Assembly (NCBI GenBank): GCA_964510025.1 | Contig: CAZDZV010000005.1 | Location: forward strand, 62,001-105,668 | Direction of reading: 5' to 3' | Length of the DNA: 43,668 nucleotides | From: an uncultured Methanosarcinales archaeon | GTDB lineage: Archaea > Nanobdellota > Nanobdellia > Woesearchaeales > DATDXC01 | In this document: piece by piece, positions 17,315 to 26,688 of the stretch | How positions within the stretch are numbered: the stretch's first letter is position 1 | Layout of the letters: every line of letters begins with the position of its first letter | Translations under genes and position numbers: made by a program | Notes under the pieces: generated by a model | What the model was told of the DNA's origin: nothing | The model's database searches: none | Seen by the model: the letters and a program-made list of their open reading frames with translations, nothing else

Positions 17315-17928
17315 ATGAAGAGAAAGAAGAAGAGCCTTGGTGGAAAGGGCCTATCAGGACCATAATCACGATTTTTATATTGCTAATTGTCTTAACCTGG
17401 ACCTATGCTATATATGGGGGGAAGATAGATCCAGAACCAGTTAGAATACCTAGTCCAGAAGAGGTGCTGCCTGATTACAAAATAGGAAACAGAAGCTACA
17501 CTCTAAGCGACTACCAAAGACTGATCAAACCTTCTGATGTTATGATAAAACAAACTGCTGACAGGATTGCAGCTATCAGCTGCTCCGGCAACAGGATATG
17601 CCAAGCTAAGGCCATGTATTATTTCGTCAGGAACTATGATTATATCGCTGACCCGGTGGACGGTGAGTATATAGAGCATCCCAAGGAATTCCTAAAGATT
17701 GGCGGAGGAGACTGTGAATCTGGCGCTATTGCGTTGGCTAGCCTATTAGAGGCGATCGGCATAGCGTCTGATATTGTATATACACCAGGGCATGCGCTGT
17801 TAAGGATAAGGCTGCCTGAGGCTTCCAATAGATATAAGATAGACGGTTACATCTATCTTGATTGGACCTGCAAAAGGTGCAGGTTCGGTGAGCTTGGCCT
17901 TAAAGCAATGGAACAGTTAGATTTTTAA
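17311..17928 (+). CDS. Membrane-anchored transglutaminase-like protein
   Basis: N-terminal TM helix; GGDCES, PGHA, YLDWT give a Cys-His-Asp triad. Confidence 0.85.
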   Translation: MNEEKEEEPWWKGPIRTIITIFILLIVLTWTYAIYGGKIDPEPVRIPSPEEVLPDYKIGNRSYTLSDYQRLIKPSDVMIKQTADRIAAISCSGNRICQAKAMYYFVRNYDYIADPVDGEYIEHPKEFLKIGGGDCESGAIALASLLEAIGIASDIVYTPGHALLRIRLPEASNRYKIDGYIYLDWTCKRCRFGELGLKAMEQLDF

Positions 17929-17951
17929 AAAATCGAAGATTTCTGCGACAG

Positions 17952-18356
17952 ATGCCTTGCTGTCAGTTCGGTGGTGGTATGCCTTCTTTAAGGTCCAGGA
18001 AGCAACCAAGACAATATCGGCCAAGAAACCCATACTATTTAGGGCTGTATAGGGGAAATCATGATGGGTATAACCATACCTTAGTCATAAGGCCTTCTGG
18101 TGAGGATATCAGTGAGCTATTGGACAGATTGGAAGGTAAACAGAACATCCTAGTGGATGACCCCCCTCCTGGTGTGCTGGCCATACAGCTAGCCAGAAAG
18201 CTTGATGCTCTTGGATGGCAGCATGGGGAGCCTGAAATACTATCGAAAAATAGCAGAGTAATTGGACTAGATGTTGAACAATATCAGTATGGCAAAATCC
18301 GAGAACTCCTCACTTATTTCAGCAGGATATACAGGGAAGCTGCAAGCAGACGTTAA
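17952..18356 (+). CDS. Hypothetical protein
   Basis: 134-aa ORF filling the gap before rpl1; no recognisable motif; start uncertain. Confidence 0.55.
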   Translation: MPCCQFGGGMPSLRSRKQPRQYRPRNPYYLGLYRGNHDGYNHTLVIRPSGEDISELLDRLEGKQNILVDDPPPGVLAIQLARKLDALGWQHGEPEILSKNSRVIGLDVEQYQYGKIRELLTYFSRIYREAASRR

Positions 18357-18397
18357 AACCGTTAGTTTTTTAAATAAAAGATGATTTCTAGACCATA

Positions 18398-18426
18398 CCC
18401 GATCAAGACTACTTAATGTAGGAGGG
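18398..18426 (+). promoter_or_regulatory. Candidate uL1-binding autoregulatory site overlapping the SD
   Basis: CCC-GATCAAGA-CTAC-TTAAT-GTAG-GA-GGG: two helices with asymmetric internal loop and GGAG strand. Confidence 0.55.
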
Positions 18427-18430
18427 CAGA

Positions 18431-19129
18431 ATGAACAAGGAAGATATTAAAAAAACATTACAGGCAGCAAAAAAGAATTCTGCTAAAAGGAATTTTAATC
18501 AAAGCATCGATTTAAACGTGGTGCTAAAAGGGATAGATATCAAGAAAAGCGACCAAAACGTTAATTCCTTCGTAACTTTGCACTATCAAACCGGAAAAAA
18601 GGTTTCTGTATGCGCTCTTGTTGGACCTGAACTGAAGGCCCAAGCAGAAGAGGTTTGCGATCATACCATAACTGATGGTGATTTCGGCAAATACCAAAAC
18701 AAGAAAGATGCAAAAAAACTTGCCAGAAAATATGATTTTTTTATAGCACAAGCAACCATAATGCCAAAGATAGCGACTGCTTTTGGCAGGGTCTTCGGCC
18801 CCAAAGGTAAGATGCCGAACCCAAAAGCTGGGTGTGTTGTACCTCCAAATGCAAACCTTAAGCCGTTATATGAGAAGCTGCAGAAAACAGTAAGGCTTCA
18901 GACCAAGAACCAGCCAATTGTCCAGACCAGGGTAGGCATTGAAGACCAGGCTGAAAATGAGGTTGTCGATAATATATTCACTGTCTATGACAACCTATCG
19001 CATAATCTCCCTAACGGCGAACAGAACATTAAGAAGTCCTTGATAAAGCTAACCATGGGCAAATCCTATAGAATCGGCGAGGTTATCAAGGAAGATAAAC
19101 CAGAAAAGACTGATTCAACTAAAAAGTAA
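18431..19129 (+). CDS. rpl1: 50S ribosomal protein uL1
   Basis: KRNFNQSIDL, YDFFIAQATIMP, FGPKGKMP, KLTMG. Confidence 0.97.
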   Translation: MNKEDIKKTLQAAKKNSAKRNFNQSIDLNVVLKGIDIKKSDQNVNSFVTLHYQTGKKVSVCALVGPELKAQAEEVCDHTITDGDFGKYQNKKDAKKLARKYDFFIAQATIMPKIATAFGRVFGPKGKMPNPKAGCVVPPNANLKPLYEKLQKTVRLQTKNQPIVQTRVGIEDQAENEVVDNIFTVYDNLSHNLPNGEQNIKKSLIKLTMGKSYRIGEVIKEDKPEKTDSTKK

Positions 19130-19131
19130 AA

Positions 19132-20412
19132 ATGGCACACGTCTCTGAAAACAAAAAAAAGACTGTAGACAGGATAGCTAAACTAATAGCAGATTATCCT
19201 ATCGTAGGCGCTGTTAACATGGAAAACCTTCCTGCGCCCCAGCTGCAGACAATGAGAGCCCAGCTCAGGGGAAAGGTAGAGATCTTCATGGCGAAGAGGA
19301 GACTGATCAGGATTGCTATTGAAAAGGTAAAAGAAAAGAAGCAGGGCATAGAGGGTCTTGAAAAGCACCTAAAGGGGATGCCTGCCCTGATTTTTACAAA
19401 AGATAATCCTTTTACGCTATTCAAGACTCTTAAGAAAAGCAAATCCAAGGCACCTGCAAAAGCAGGACAGACTGCCCCTAATGATATAATTGTCAAGGCG
19501 GGGCCGACACCCTTTGCACCGGGCCCTATCATAGGTGAACTGGGCAGCCTTGGGATTAAGTGCGGGGTAGAGGGAGGCAAGGTTGCGATAAAAGAGGACT
19601 CGATTGTTGCCAAAGAAGGTGAGAAAATAAGCCCTAAACAAGCTGAACTATTGACCAGGCTCGGAATAGAGCCGATGGAAGTGGGGCTGGGCCTCACAGC
19701 AACCTACGAAGACGGCACGATTTTCACAAAGGATATACTGGATATAGATGAAGAAAAGTTCAGGAAGGATCTAGACATCGCTGCTGTTGGGGCAATCAAC
19801 CTCTCTATCAATGCAGGGTATCCGACAAAAGACAACATCAGCCTAATGATAGGTAAGGCCTTCAATGATGCCAAGGCATTAGGTATCGAGCAGAACATAA
19901 TCGATGAAGGTATAATTGATGAGATACTAGCAAAAGCGGCAAGACAGATGCACAGCCTAAAAAATACTGCAAACATCGAGATAGTGGAAAAGAAGACAGA
20001 GAGCAAACAAAAGATAGAGAAGGCTGAAAAAAAGGAAGAAAAGATACTACAAGAGGAGAAAAAGATAATAGATGAGGAGAAAAAATTAGAAAAGCAGGAA
20101 CAAAAAGTTGAAGCCCCCATAGAAAAGGAAGCCAGGCAGGCTGTGAAAGAAGAAGAGGAAAAAAAGCTGGAAGCTGAGAGGATCCAGAAAGAAAAAGAGC
20201 TTGAGAAAACAGAAAAGGCGGTGGAAACAGATAAGAAAGTGGACGGAATGGTCAAAAAGATGAAACAGTTTGCTTCTGGAAAACAGCCAAATGCTGAAAA
20301 AATCCTGGATGATGTAAAAAAGGAAGAAGAGCCCGAACAAAAGGACAAGGAGCACAAAGAAGCCGAGGAATTAACTAAAGAACTGCTCAAAAAAGGTACA
20401 CTCAGAAAATGA
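19132..20412 (+). CDS. rplP0: 50S ribosomal protein uL10 (aP0) with long K/E-rich tail
   Basis: LPAPQLQTMR, NPFTL, APAKAG, GPTPFAPGP, LLTRLGIEPMEVGL; operon position. Confidence 0.96.
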   Translation: MAHVSENKKKTVDRIAKLIADYPIVGAVNMENLPAPQLQTMRAQLRGKVEIFMAKRRLIRIAIEKVKEKKQGIEGLEKHLKGMPALIFTKDNPFTLFKTLKKSKSKAPAKAGQTAPNDIIVKAGPTPFAPGPIIGELGSLGIKCGVEGGKVAIKEDSIVAKEGEKISPKQAELLTRLGIEPMEVGLGLTATYEDGTIFTKDILDIDEEKFRKDLDIAAVGAINLSINAGYPTKDNISLMIGKAFNDAKALGIEQNIIDEGIIDEILAKAARQMHSLKNTANIEIVEKKTESKQKIEKAEKKEEKILQEEKKIIDEEKKLEKQEQKVEAPIEKEARQAVKEEEEKKLEAERIQKEKELEKTEKAVETDKKVDGMVKKMKQFASGKQPNAEKILDDVKKEEEPEQKDKEHKEAEELTKELLKKGTLRK

Positions 20413-20433
20413 TCTTTAATGGAGGTAGATAAA

Positions 20434-20748
20434 ATGGAATATATATATGCGGCAATGCTTATCCACAAGGCTGGTGGCAAGGTTGATGAAGCCACAGTTA
20501 AGAAGGTCCTGGAAGCTGCTGGTGTAAAAGTGGACGAAGCCAGAGTGAAGGCATTAGTAGCTGCTCTTGATGGAGTGAATATCGATGAGGCTATCGAGAA
20601 AGCTGCGATCCCTGTTGCTGCTGCTGCACCAGCTGCTGAAGCTGCACCAGCTGCAAAAGAGGAAGCCAAGGAAGAAAAGAAAAAAGCCGAAGAGGATAAA
20701 AAATCCCAGGAACAGGCGGCTGCCGGATTGGGATCACTGTTTGGCTAA
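20434..20748 (+). CDS. rpl12: Acidic stalk protein aP1/L12
   Basis: [14 protein letters not shown], Ala-rich hinge, [10 protein letters not shown] end; SD GGAGGT. Confidence 0.97.
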   Translation: MEYIYAAMLIHKAGGKVDEATVKKVLEAAGVKVDEARVKALVAALDGVNIDEAIEKAAIPVAAAAPAAEAAPAAKEEAKEEKKKAEEDKKSQEQAAAGLGSLFG

Positions 20749-20791
20749 TTTTTTTAATTTTTTAGAATGCCAAAAGAGCGCGTGACACACT

Positions 20792-21667
20792 ATGACAGCA
20801 GAAAAAAAAGAGCTATTTAGAAGGCTATCTGAAATAAAGAACGAAATAAGGAATATAAGGCTAGAACTAAACAAAACAGACAGCAAAAAGGAAGAATTTT
20901 TCAAGCAAAAAGAGGCTTATTCTGACAGTATAAAAGAGCTCATAGACAATATCAGGGACATAAGGAAAGAGCGCGATTCGCTTACAAAGAAGGTCAAGGA
21001 AAGCAAAGAGGTAAGGACCAGGTTCAATGAGAATATCAAGCAAGAGATAGAAAAGATAAAGTCTCTCAACAAAGAGAAGAAGGATATTTCTAAAAAGTAT
21101 CATATTACAGACGATCCGCTGAAAATACTGCAGCAGATAGAGGATATTGAGAAGAAAATAGAGACAGAAGCTATGTCTTTTGAAAAGGAAAAGAAGCTTA
21201 TGAAAACCATTAATGACCTGAAGAAGAAATACAACAAGGCAAAACAGGTTAGCTCTATATGGGAAAAATCGTATGACTTGTCAAAAAATATAGATGAGCT
21301 TAAGAAAAAAGCTGAAGAAGCGCATAAAAAAATCCAGGTCAAGGCAAAGAACAGCCAGGATAGGCATGAAAAAATGATAACTTTCTCTAAAGAGATTGAT
21401 GAGCTTAAGAAAAAAGAGGAAGAGGCATTTGCTAATTTTATAATCTACAAGAAAAGGTTTGTAGAGATAAACGATAAACTGAAAGAGAAACTCCTCGAGC
21501 TTAATAACCTAAAAAAAGAGGCTGACAGGTTTGAAAAGCAGAGCAAGAGCAAGAAGGAAACCCAGAACCAACAGCTGCTCCAGCTAAAAAAGAAGGACAT
21601 AGAGCTGAAAATAAAGGAGCGAAAAAAGCTTACAACAGAGGATCTCTTGGTATACCAGAAGAGCTGA
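20792..21667 (+). CDS. Conserved archaeal coiled-coil protein (COG1340-like)
   Basis: K/E heptad-rich throughout; C-terminal KKLTTEDLL. Confidence 0.8.
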   Translation: MTAEKKELFRRLSEIKNEIRNIRLELNKTDSKKEEFFKQKEAYSDSIKELIDNIRDIRKERDSLTKKVKESKEVRTRFNENIKQEIEKIKSLNKEKKDISKKYHITDDPLKILQQIEDIEKKIETEAMSFEKEKKLMKTINDLKKKYNKAKQVSSIWEKSYDLSKNIDELKKKAEEAHKKIQVKAKNSQDRHEKMITFSKEIDELKKKEEEAFANFIIYKKRFVEINDKLKEKLLELNNLKKEADRFEKQSKSKKETQNQQLLQLKKKDIELKIKERKKLTTEDLLVYQKS

Positions 21668-21844
21668 TTACTGCTTCTCCATATAGCTGCACTTGCCACA
21701 CACAAGCCGGTCCTTATGTTTTGCCAGAAAAATACCTTCGCCGCATTTGGGACAGAACTTATTCTTTCTTTTCAATTCGCCTTTGGACTCATATAATTCA
21801 TACCTTTTACTTGTCTTCTTTTTCTTACGCTGCTTTTTAGCCAT
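21668..21844 (-). CDS. rps27ae: 30S ribosomal protein S27ae (eS31), 58 aa, not in ORF track
   Basis: [58 protein letters not shown]; follows S24e. Confidence 0.96.
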   Translation of the reverse strand: MAKKQRKKKKTSKRYELYESKGELKRKNKFCPKCGEGIFLAKHKDRLVCGKCSYMEKQ

Positions 21845-21846
21845 AT

Positions 21847-22149
21847 TTATTTACCTTCCTCAGTTTTAGCCTGCTCTTTTTTCTTATCTGCCTTTTCGGC
21901 TTTTTTTGGCTCTGCTTTTGCCATCTCCTGTTCGCTTATATAATGATAGGCAAAAATATCTGCGGAATTGTTCTTAAATCTTGGGAAGATCTTCAGCTTT
22001 ATGAGCTTGTCGTTTCCCTTTATCTGGGATGCGAGAGCCTTCTTAATATCTGCTTCAGACGGGACAGCATCTGTAAAAATAACCTTTGCCTTTATCTCTT
22101 CCCGGGACAGTAAAATCTTTTCCTGCCTGTCTATAATCTTAATCTCCAT
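21847..22149 (-). CDS. rps24e: 30S ribosomal protein S24e (divergent)
   Basis: [16 protein letters not shown]; position between spt4 and S27ae. Confidence 0.85.
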   Translation of the reverse strand: MEIKIIDRQEKILLSREEIKAKVIFTDAVPSEADIKKALASQIKGNDKLIKLKIFPRFKNNSADIFAYHYISEQEMAKAEPKKAEKADKKKEQAKTEEGK

Positions 22150-22153
22150 AGAA

Positions 22154-22339
22154 TCACCTTATCTTAACCGCATATTCTCCTTTTACTGTTATCCCTAGCT
22201 TCTTAGCAATTACTGACTTGTTAGCATCAAGAATATTAATTCGGCCCTGCCAGTTGGTCGTAAACTGATTGCCTTTACAGATCGGACACGTATCTCCATC
22301 CACAAACAGCTTGCACTTCTTGCAGACTTTTTTCTTCAT
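22154..22339 (-). CDS. spt4: Transcription elongation factor Spt4 (RpoE2)
   Basis: CKKC..CPIC, WQG, SVIAKKLGI..GEYAVKIR. Confidence 0.96.
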   Translation of the reverse strand: MKKKVCKKCKLFVDGDTCPICKGNQFTTNWQGRINILDANKSVIAKKLGITVKGEYAVKIR

Positions 22340-22914
22340 TTCTTCGCACCTTTTTTAGCTGTCTTCTTATCAGCTGGGTCCCCGCTTTCGGCTTCTATCC
22401 AGTCCAACCTGCCAAGCCCCTGCTGCCTCATGGTCAATCCCAGCTTGGGATTAGTGACATCCTTGTACGAAACAGCGATTATTCTTGCTCTGCATGAATC
22501 ATTGATCTTAAGCGTTTTCTTGGACTCCTTCCCAGAAAGCACCTTATCCTTGCTAAAACTTACAAAATCATCCATGGTCTGGCTAATGTGTATCATCCCC
22601 TCTATTGGGCCAAGATTAATAAAAGCGCCAAAATCAGCGATATCATTGATATTTCCAAGCACAATTTCCTGCAGCTCAGGCTTAAAGGACAGCAGGTTGA
22701 ATTTTACATCGTAATATGAGGCACCGTCACCTGGGACTATTATTCCCTCTCCTATCTCATTAACAGATGATACATCTATCACGATACCCAGGTCTTTAGA
22801 AATAAATCCGTCATATTTTCTTTTGACCCGCTTAATTACAGCATCCTTGACCGGAAGATCAAACAATGCTGGCGGAACCCTGATATGGTCTTGCAACTCT
22901 AATTTGTAGAACAT
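22336..22914 (-). CDS. rpoE1: RNA polymerase subunit Rpo7 (RpoE1)
   Basis: IRVPP, GIIVPGDG, FGAFINLGPIEGMIHISQ, LTMRQQGLG. Confidence 0.97.
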   Translation of the reverse strand: MFYKLELQDHIRVPPALFDLPVKDAVIKRVKRKYDGFISKDLGIVIDVSSVNEIGEGIIVPGDGASYYDVKFNLLSFKPELQEIVLGNINDIADFGAFINLGPIEGMIHISQTMDDFVSFSKDKVLSGKESKKTLKINDSCRARIIAVSYKDVTNPKLGLTMRQQGLGRLDWIEAESGDPADKKTAKKGAKK

Positions 22915-22955
22915 TTTAGCTTATTGTGTTTGATATTGATTTAAAAAGCTTTCGT

Positions 22956-23309
22956 TTATTTTATTATAAGGTATTTCTTCTGTCTAAGCTGTATCACTGT
23001 TTTACCTGTCTTTTTCAGCCTTCGGATAAGCTCTTTATCCTGCGTTGCGACTATTGCATCCTCTTTTACCAAAAGATCATCCACATTGCCCTCTTCAGTC
23101 TGAATTTTATCGATTCTCTTTGCCCTTATGAGATCCAGGGCAGCTTTTGCATATGGCCTGTTTATTTTTTTAAGTTCGTCAATCGATCTTTCCAGAACAT
23201 AGAGCTTGTAGTTAAATTGGCAGATTCTTTCGATCTCTGCAAAGATATCAACACCAAATTGGAATGGCACAAGAAGGAAGTTTGTGTCAAGTATTATTTT
23301 TTTCTCCAT
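22956..23309 (-). CDS. PIN-domain protein (Fcf1/Utp24-like)
   Basis: IILDTNFLLVPFQFGVDIF, VDD, VATQDKEL; usual position upstream of rpoE1; start trimmed. Confidence 0.9.
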   Translation of the reverse strand: MEKKIILDTNFLLVPFQFGVDIFAEIERICQFNYKLYVLERSIDELKKINRPYAKAALDLIRAKRIDKIQTEEGNVDDLLVKEDAIVATQDKELIRRLKKTGKTVIQLRQKKYLIIK

Positions 23310-23929
23310 TTTGATTGGTATTCGGCAAAGATTATTAATATTATCGCAATAAATGTGCATACCAGGATTATTATTATGAGTATATTGTTGTGCACAACAG
23401 TGCTGAAGTAATCCATCACCACATTGCCTTGCCTTTCTGATGGGGCCTCTGTTAATCGTGGCGGATATTCTTTTTTATTATCAGCATCTGCAGGTTCTGG
23501 AGCAAGTCCTGAGGGGGCCTTTGTTCCAGCTGGTCCAGCATCATCATCCATCCAGCTAACCTTAACCTTATCCTCCATGACCTGCTCTACGTAGATACGA
23601 TAGGACCTATGCTCAGAGATTACACAGTAGCCCTGCCTTTCATAAATTGGAACCTCATCATAGAATTCAGAGATGTGCTTACAGTTAAACTCATAGAGAC
23701 TTTCCTTCCCTACGTTAAACAGACTATCTGTATGCGAAAAGAACCTGTTTGACACGCCCTCACCAAGAAAAGCCTTATCTGCATATATATCGGCATTAAC
23801 TTGGGTGACCTTGTTTTCAAAAAAGAGGAATCCTTCTGGATTTTCCTCCAATATGTTGAGCGTAAATGTCTGAGAAAAAACAATGGGAGACAATAGGATG
23901 AGAAGAGCGATATAGTGCCTATTTTTCAT
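23294..23929 (-). CDS. Secreted, C-terminally anchored protein (paralog A)
   Basis: Signal peptide, shared domain DIYA..GEG..FFS..GKE..EF.C..ERQGYCV, C-terminal TM plus basic tail. Confidence 0.8.
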   Translation of the reverse strand: MKNRHYIALLILLSPIVFSQTFTLNILEENPEGFLFFENKVTQVNADIYADKAFLGEGVSNRFFSHTDSLFNVGKESLYEFNCKHISEFYDEVPIYERQGYCVISEHRSYRIYVEQVMEDKVKVSWMDDDAGPAGTKAPSGLAPEPADADNKKEYPPRLTEAPSERQGNVVMDYFSTVVHNNILIIIILVCTFIAIILIIFAEYQSKWRKK

Positions 23930-24629
23930 TTTTCTTCTTCTCTATAAAAATAAACAACAAGCAGGATAGGGTTAGCAGGGCAACAAACAGGAGCACAAAA
24001 GGGCTTGTCATGATTTCTTGGAAATACTCTTTTGCCAACCGAAAAAATTTATCCCCGGGCTGGTCATACTCCTCTTTTTTCCTGAAATCGAACTCCTTGT
24101 CATGTGGTTCTTCCTCGCTCTCAACCACAGCAGCTGCCACTATCTTCGCATCTCCTTCTGGAACACCAGCTTCACTTTCTTTTTTTGGCGCTGCAGCCTC
24201 CCCGTCTTCAGTGCCTAAATCAGGTGTCCAGCTCAAAGCCACCTCCTCTGACGCAGACTCTACAAATATCCTTATGGGTGTCCCCTGAGATAAGACACAG
24301 TAGCCCTGCCTCTCATGTATCTCTGCCTGCGACACATAGTCTGAGGCAGCCAGATTATTGCACCTAAACTCATTCAGATTCTCCTTCCCTATATTTTTCA
24401 GCGTGTCAAAATAAGAGAAGAAAACAAGAGAAGTCCCTTCGCCGATGTGAACCCTCTTAGCATATATGTCCCCATCATGGCCTGAAGTGAAGGACTGCTT
24501 TGAAAAGCTGAATCCTAGGGCTTCGTCACCTTCATCATATATGCCGAGCAATGTAGTGTATGGACATGCATCATAAACTAGTATAACAGACATAATGGCA
24601 AATAGGATTATCCTAATTTTTCTTCTCAT
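23919..24629 (-). CDS. Secreted, C-terminally anchored protein (paralog B)
   Basis: Same domain and architecture as the neighbour; start trimmed to MRRKIRII. Confidence 0.8.
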   Translation of the reverse strand: MRRKIRIILFAIMSVILVYDACPYTTLLGIYDEGDEALGFSFSKQSFTSGHDGDIYAKRVHIGEGTSLVFFSYFDTLKNIGKENLNEFRCNNLAASDYVSQAEIHERQGYCVLSQGTPIRIFVESASEEVALSWTPDLGTEDGEAAAPKKESEAGVPEGDAKIVAAAVVESEEEPHDKEFDFRKKEEYDQPGDKFFRLAKEYFQEIMTSPFVLLFVALLTLSCLLFIFIEKKKNEK

Positions 24630-25407
24630 TCTGCAGCTTTTCCAGTATCTTCTTGGTCTTAATCGAATCTGCAATTGGATCAGGGCTTTCATTTATCAGG
24701 GTGATATCGGTATGATGGCTAATGAGAAGCAAAAGAAGTTCCCTTATGTCTTTCTCGGAGGTAAGCAGGTGCCTTCTCTCTCCCTTGGGTGTCCATTCTA
24801 TCCCAGAGTAATGCGCATGCATATGGTCCAGCTGCTTCAGCTTCTTGAGCAGCCCCTTATAGTCTGGCTTTCCCTGGTTTCTCGCTTTCTGGTGCGCAAA
24901 ATCTATTGTGATCCCACATCCTGTCTCTGATTTTAGCTCCAGCAGCTCATCAACAGAGCCAAACTGGGATTGCTTTCCAGTCAACTCAGGAGAAATCTTA
25001 GTCCTCCATCTCTTCTCGTCAACTTTCTGCATTATCATCTTTATGCTGTCTACAATTTTTTCCTTGACCTTGGCTGGCTCCTGTCCCTGAAAAAAGCCAG
25101 CATGAAAAACTACAGGTGATGCCTGCAAATGATGCGCCCTTTCGCAGCTGTCCAAAATCCTTTTTATGGATGCTTTTATCTTTGACCTGTCCTTTGATGC
25201 CAGGTTAATGTAGTAAGGAGCATGAACAGATAGCTTGATCCCATTATTTCGGGCTATCTGCCCTACCCTGGAAGCTTCCTGATTTGACATTCTAACACCA
25301 TAGGTAAATGCCACCTCCAGTGCACCCAGGCCAGATTCTGCCACCTTTGGGATGCCCTTATCATACCCCAGTCCTGATGTCCCTGCCGGGCCCAGAGTTA
25401 TCCTCAT
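24613..25407 (-). CDS. nfo: Endonuclease IV-like AP endonuclease (archaeal type)
   Basis: HAPYYINL, VFHAG, ELTGK.SQFGS, IDFAH, HAHYSGIE, RHL, INESP. Confidence 0.9.
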   Translation of the reverse strand: MRITLGPAGTSGLGYDKGIPKVAESGLGALEVAFTYGVRMSNQEASRVGQIARNNGIKLSVHAPYYINLASKDRSKIKASIKRILDSCERAHHLQASPVVFHAGFFQGQEPAKVKEKIVDSIKMIMQKVDEKRWRTKISPELTGKQSQFGSVDELLELKSETGCGITIDFAHQKARNQGKPDYKGLLKKLKQLDHMHAHYSGIEWTPKGERRHLLTSEKDIRELLLLLISHHTDITLINESPDPIADSIKTKKILEKLQNEKKN

Positions 25408-26599
25408 TTTTCACCACCAAGAAACTATCTGCAAACCTTCTTATAATTGTGGAAAGTATTATCGAATAAAGCATGAAGACAAGGATCAGATTCAAGATTA
25501 CGTCTACCCCCCCTATATCCAGTGTTATAAGTGTGAAAGTGACGACTGCAACTGCTATGCCCTTCTGTACATTGAGCGTCATAAATATCTTCTCTTTGAG
25601 GGAATAGTTTACCCTGGGGAAGGACAAGTGGATAGACAGATATCTTATTACAAGATATATTGCAAACAGGGATATTGATTTCATGAAAAAAGTTAGGCTT
25701 AATGGGATGTTAATGATCAGGCCTACCAGAAAGAAAACAAGAATTTCAAGCGAGTTGGCGAAGATTGAAGAAAACTCAAACAGGTTGCTTTTCTCTTTCA
25801 GATAAACATTACCAATAAATATGCCCATCGCTGTTATTGCGAGAACACCGTTCCCCCCCAGGTTTTCCGCAAGAACATATGTCAGCAAAGCTGATGTTAT
25901 GAGCGCCAATGGCGACAAGGTTTCCGAATAGGCTTTTTTCATTATCCTAAAGACTATCAGGCCCACGAAGACTCCGGAGCCTATGCCCGCAACAAGCCTA
26001 AGGAAGAAAGCGGGCATAAAAATTATAACCTGGTTCAGAATATGGGAAAGCGTGATATTATCGGCCCCTACTTTGCTGATCAGGTCAATGACTATGAAAG
26101 GCAGTATTACTATCAAAGGTGTATTCAGTACAGACTCGATCTCCAGGAGCTCGATAATCCGGTTTTTAGCATTCTTAAACATAACCATAACCGCAGCTGG
26201 GTCTGTGCCTGACATGAGAAAGGAAAAGATCAGCGCCAAAAAAACTGATTCGATCTGAAATATGAGCATTGAAGAGATAGTAAGGATAATGGTGTTAAGC
26301 AGCAAGAAAACACCAGTGAGCTTCAAGGCTTTCATTGAAAAGGCATCAAATTCCTTTATCTTAAATCTCACTACAGAATCAAAGACTATCATGACAAGCG
26401 CCAAAACACCCATGGATGTAAGAAATACAGGGGAAAATTCCCTGAATCCCAGGCCAGGGACATCCAGATTTGATGCAAAAAGCCCTGCCAAAAGCAAAAG
26501 CAATATGTTTGGTATCTTTATTTTTTCAGAGATAATCGTGCATAGGATACCGATCAGCAATATTATTGCCAGATAAGTCAAAAAACCCAAAGCTTCCAT
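25361..26599 (-). CDS. CPA1-family Na+(K+)/H+ antiporter (NhaP-like)
   Basis: Many TM helices; GTDPAAV, LEIESVLN, GNGVLA motifs. Confidence 0.88.
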   Translation of the reverse strand: MEALGFLTYLAIILLIGILCTIISEKIKIPNILLLLLAGLFASNLDVPGLGFREFSPVFLTSMGVLALVMIVFDSVVRFKIKEFDAFSMKALKLTGVFLLLNTIILTISSMLIFQIESVFLALIFSFLMSGTDPAAVMVMFKNAKNRIIELLEIESVLNTPLIVILPFIVIDLISKVGADNITLSHILNQVIIFMPAFFLRLVAGIGSGVFVGLIVFRIMKKAYSETLSPLALITSALLTYVLAENLGGNGVLAITAMGIFIGNVYLKEKSNLFEFSSIFANSLEILVFFLVGLIINIPLSLTFFMKSISLFAIYLVIRYLSIHLSFPRVNYSLKEKIFMTLNVQKGIAVAVVTFTLITLDIGGVDVILNLILVFMLYSIILSTIIRRFADSFLVVKNEDNSGPGRDIRTGV

Positions 26600-26688
26600 T
26601 TGTAACCTCTTTTTCAAAGTCAATAGGGTGGAGTATTTATTAAGTTTTCCATAAGGTTTTTAAATATAAACGATAAATGGTGCTAATA

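Noticed and set aside
19704..20669. 321-aa Ser/Phe-rich minus-strand ORF and similar antisense ORFs
   Set aside because: Shadow of K/E-rich uL10 and aP1 codons
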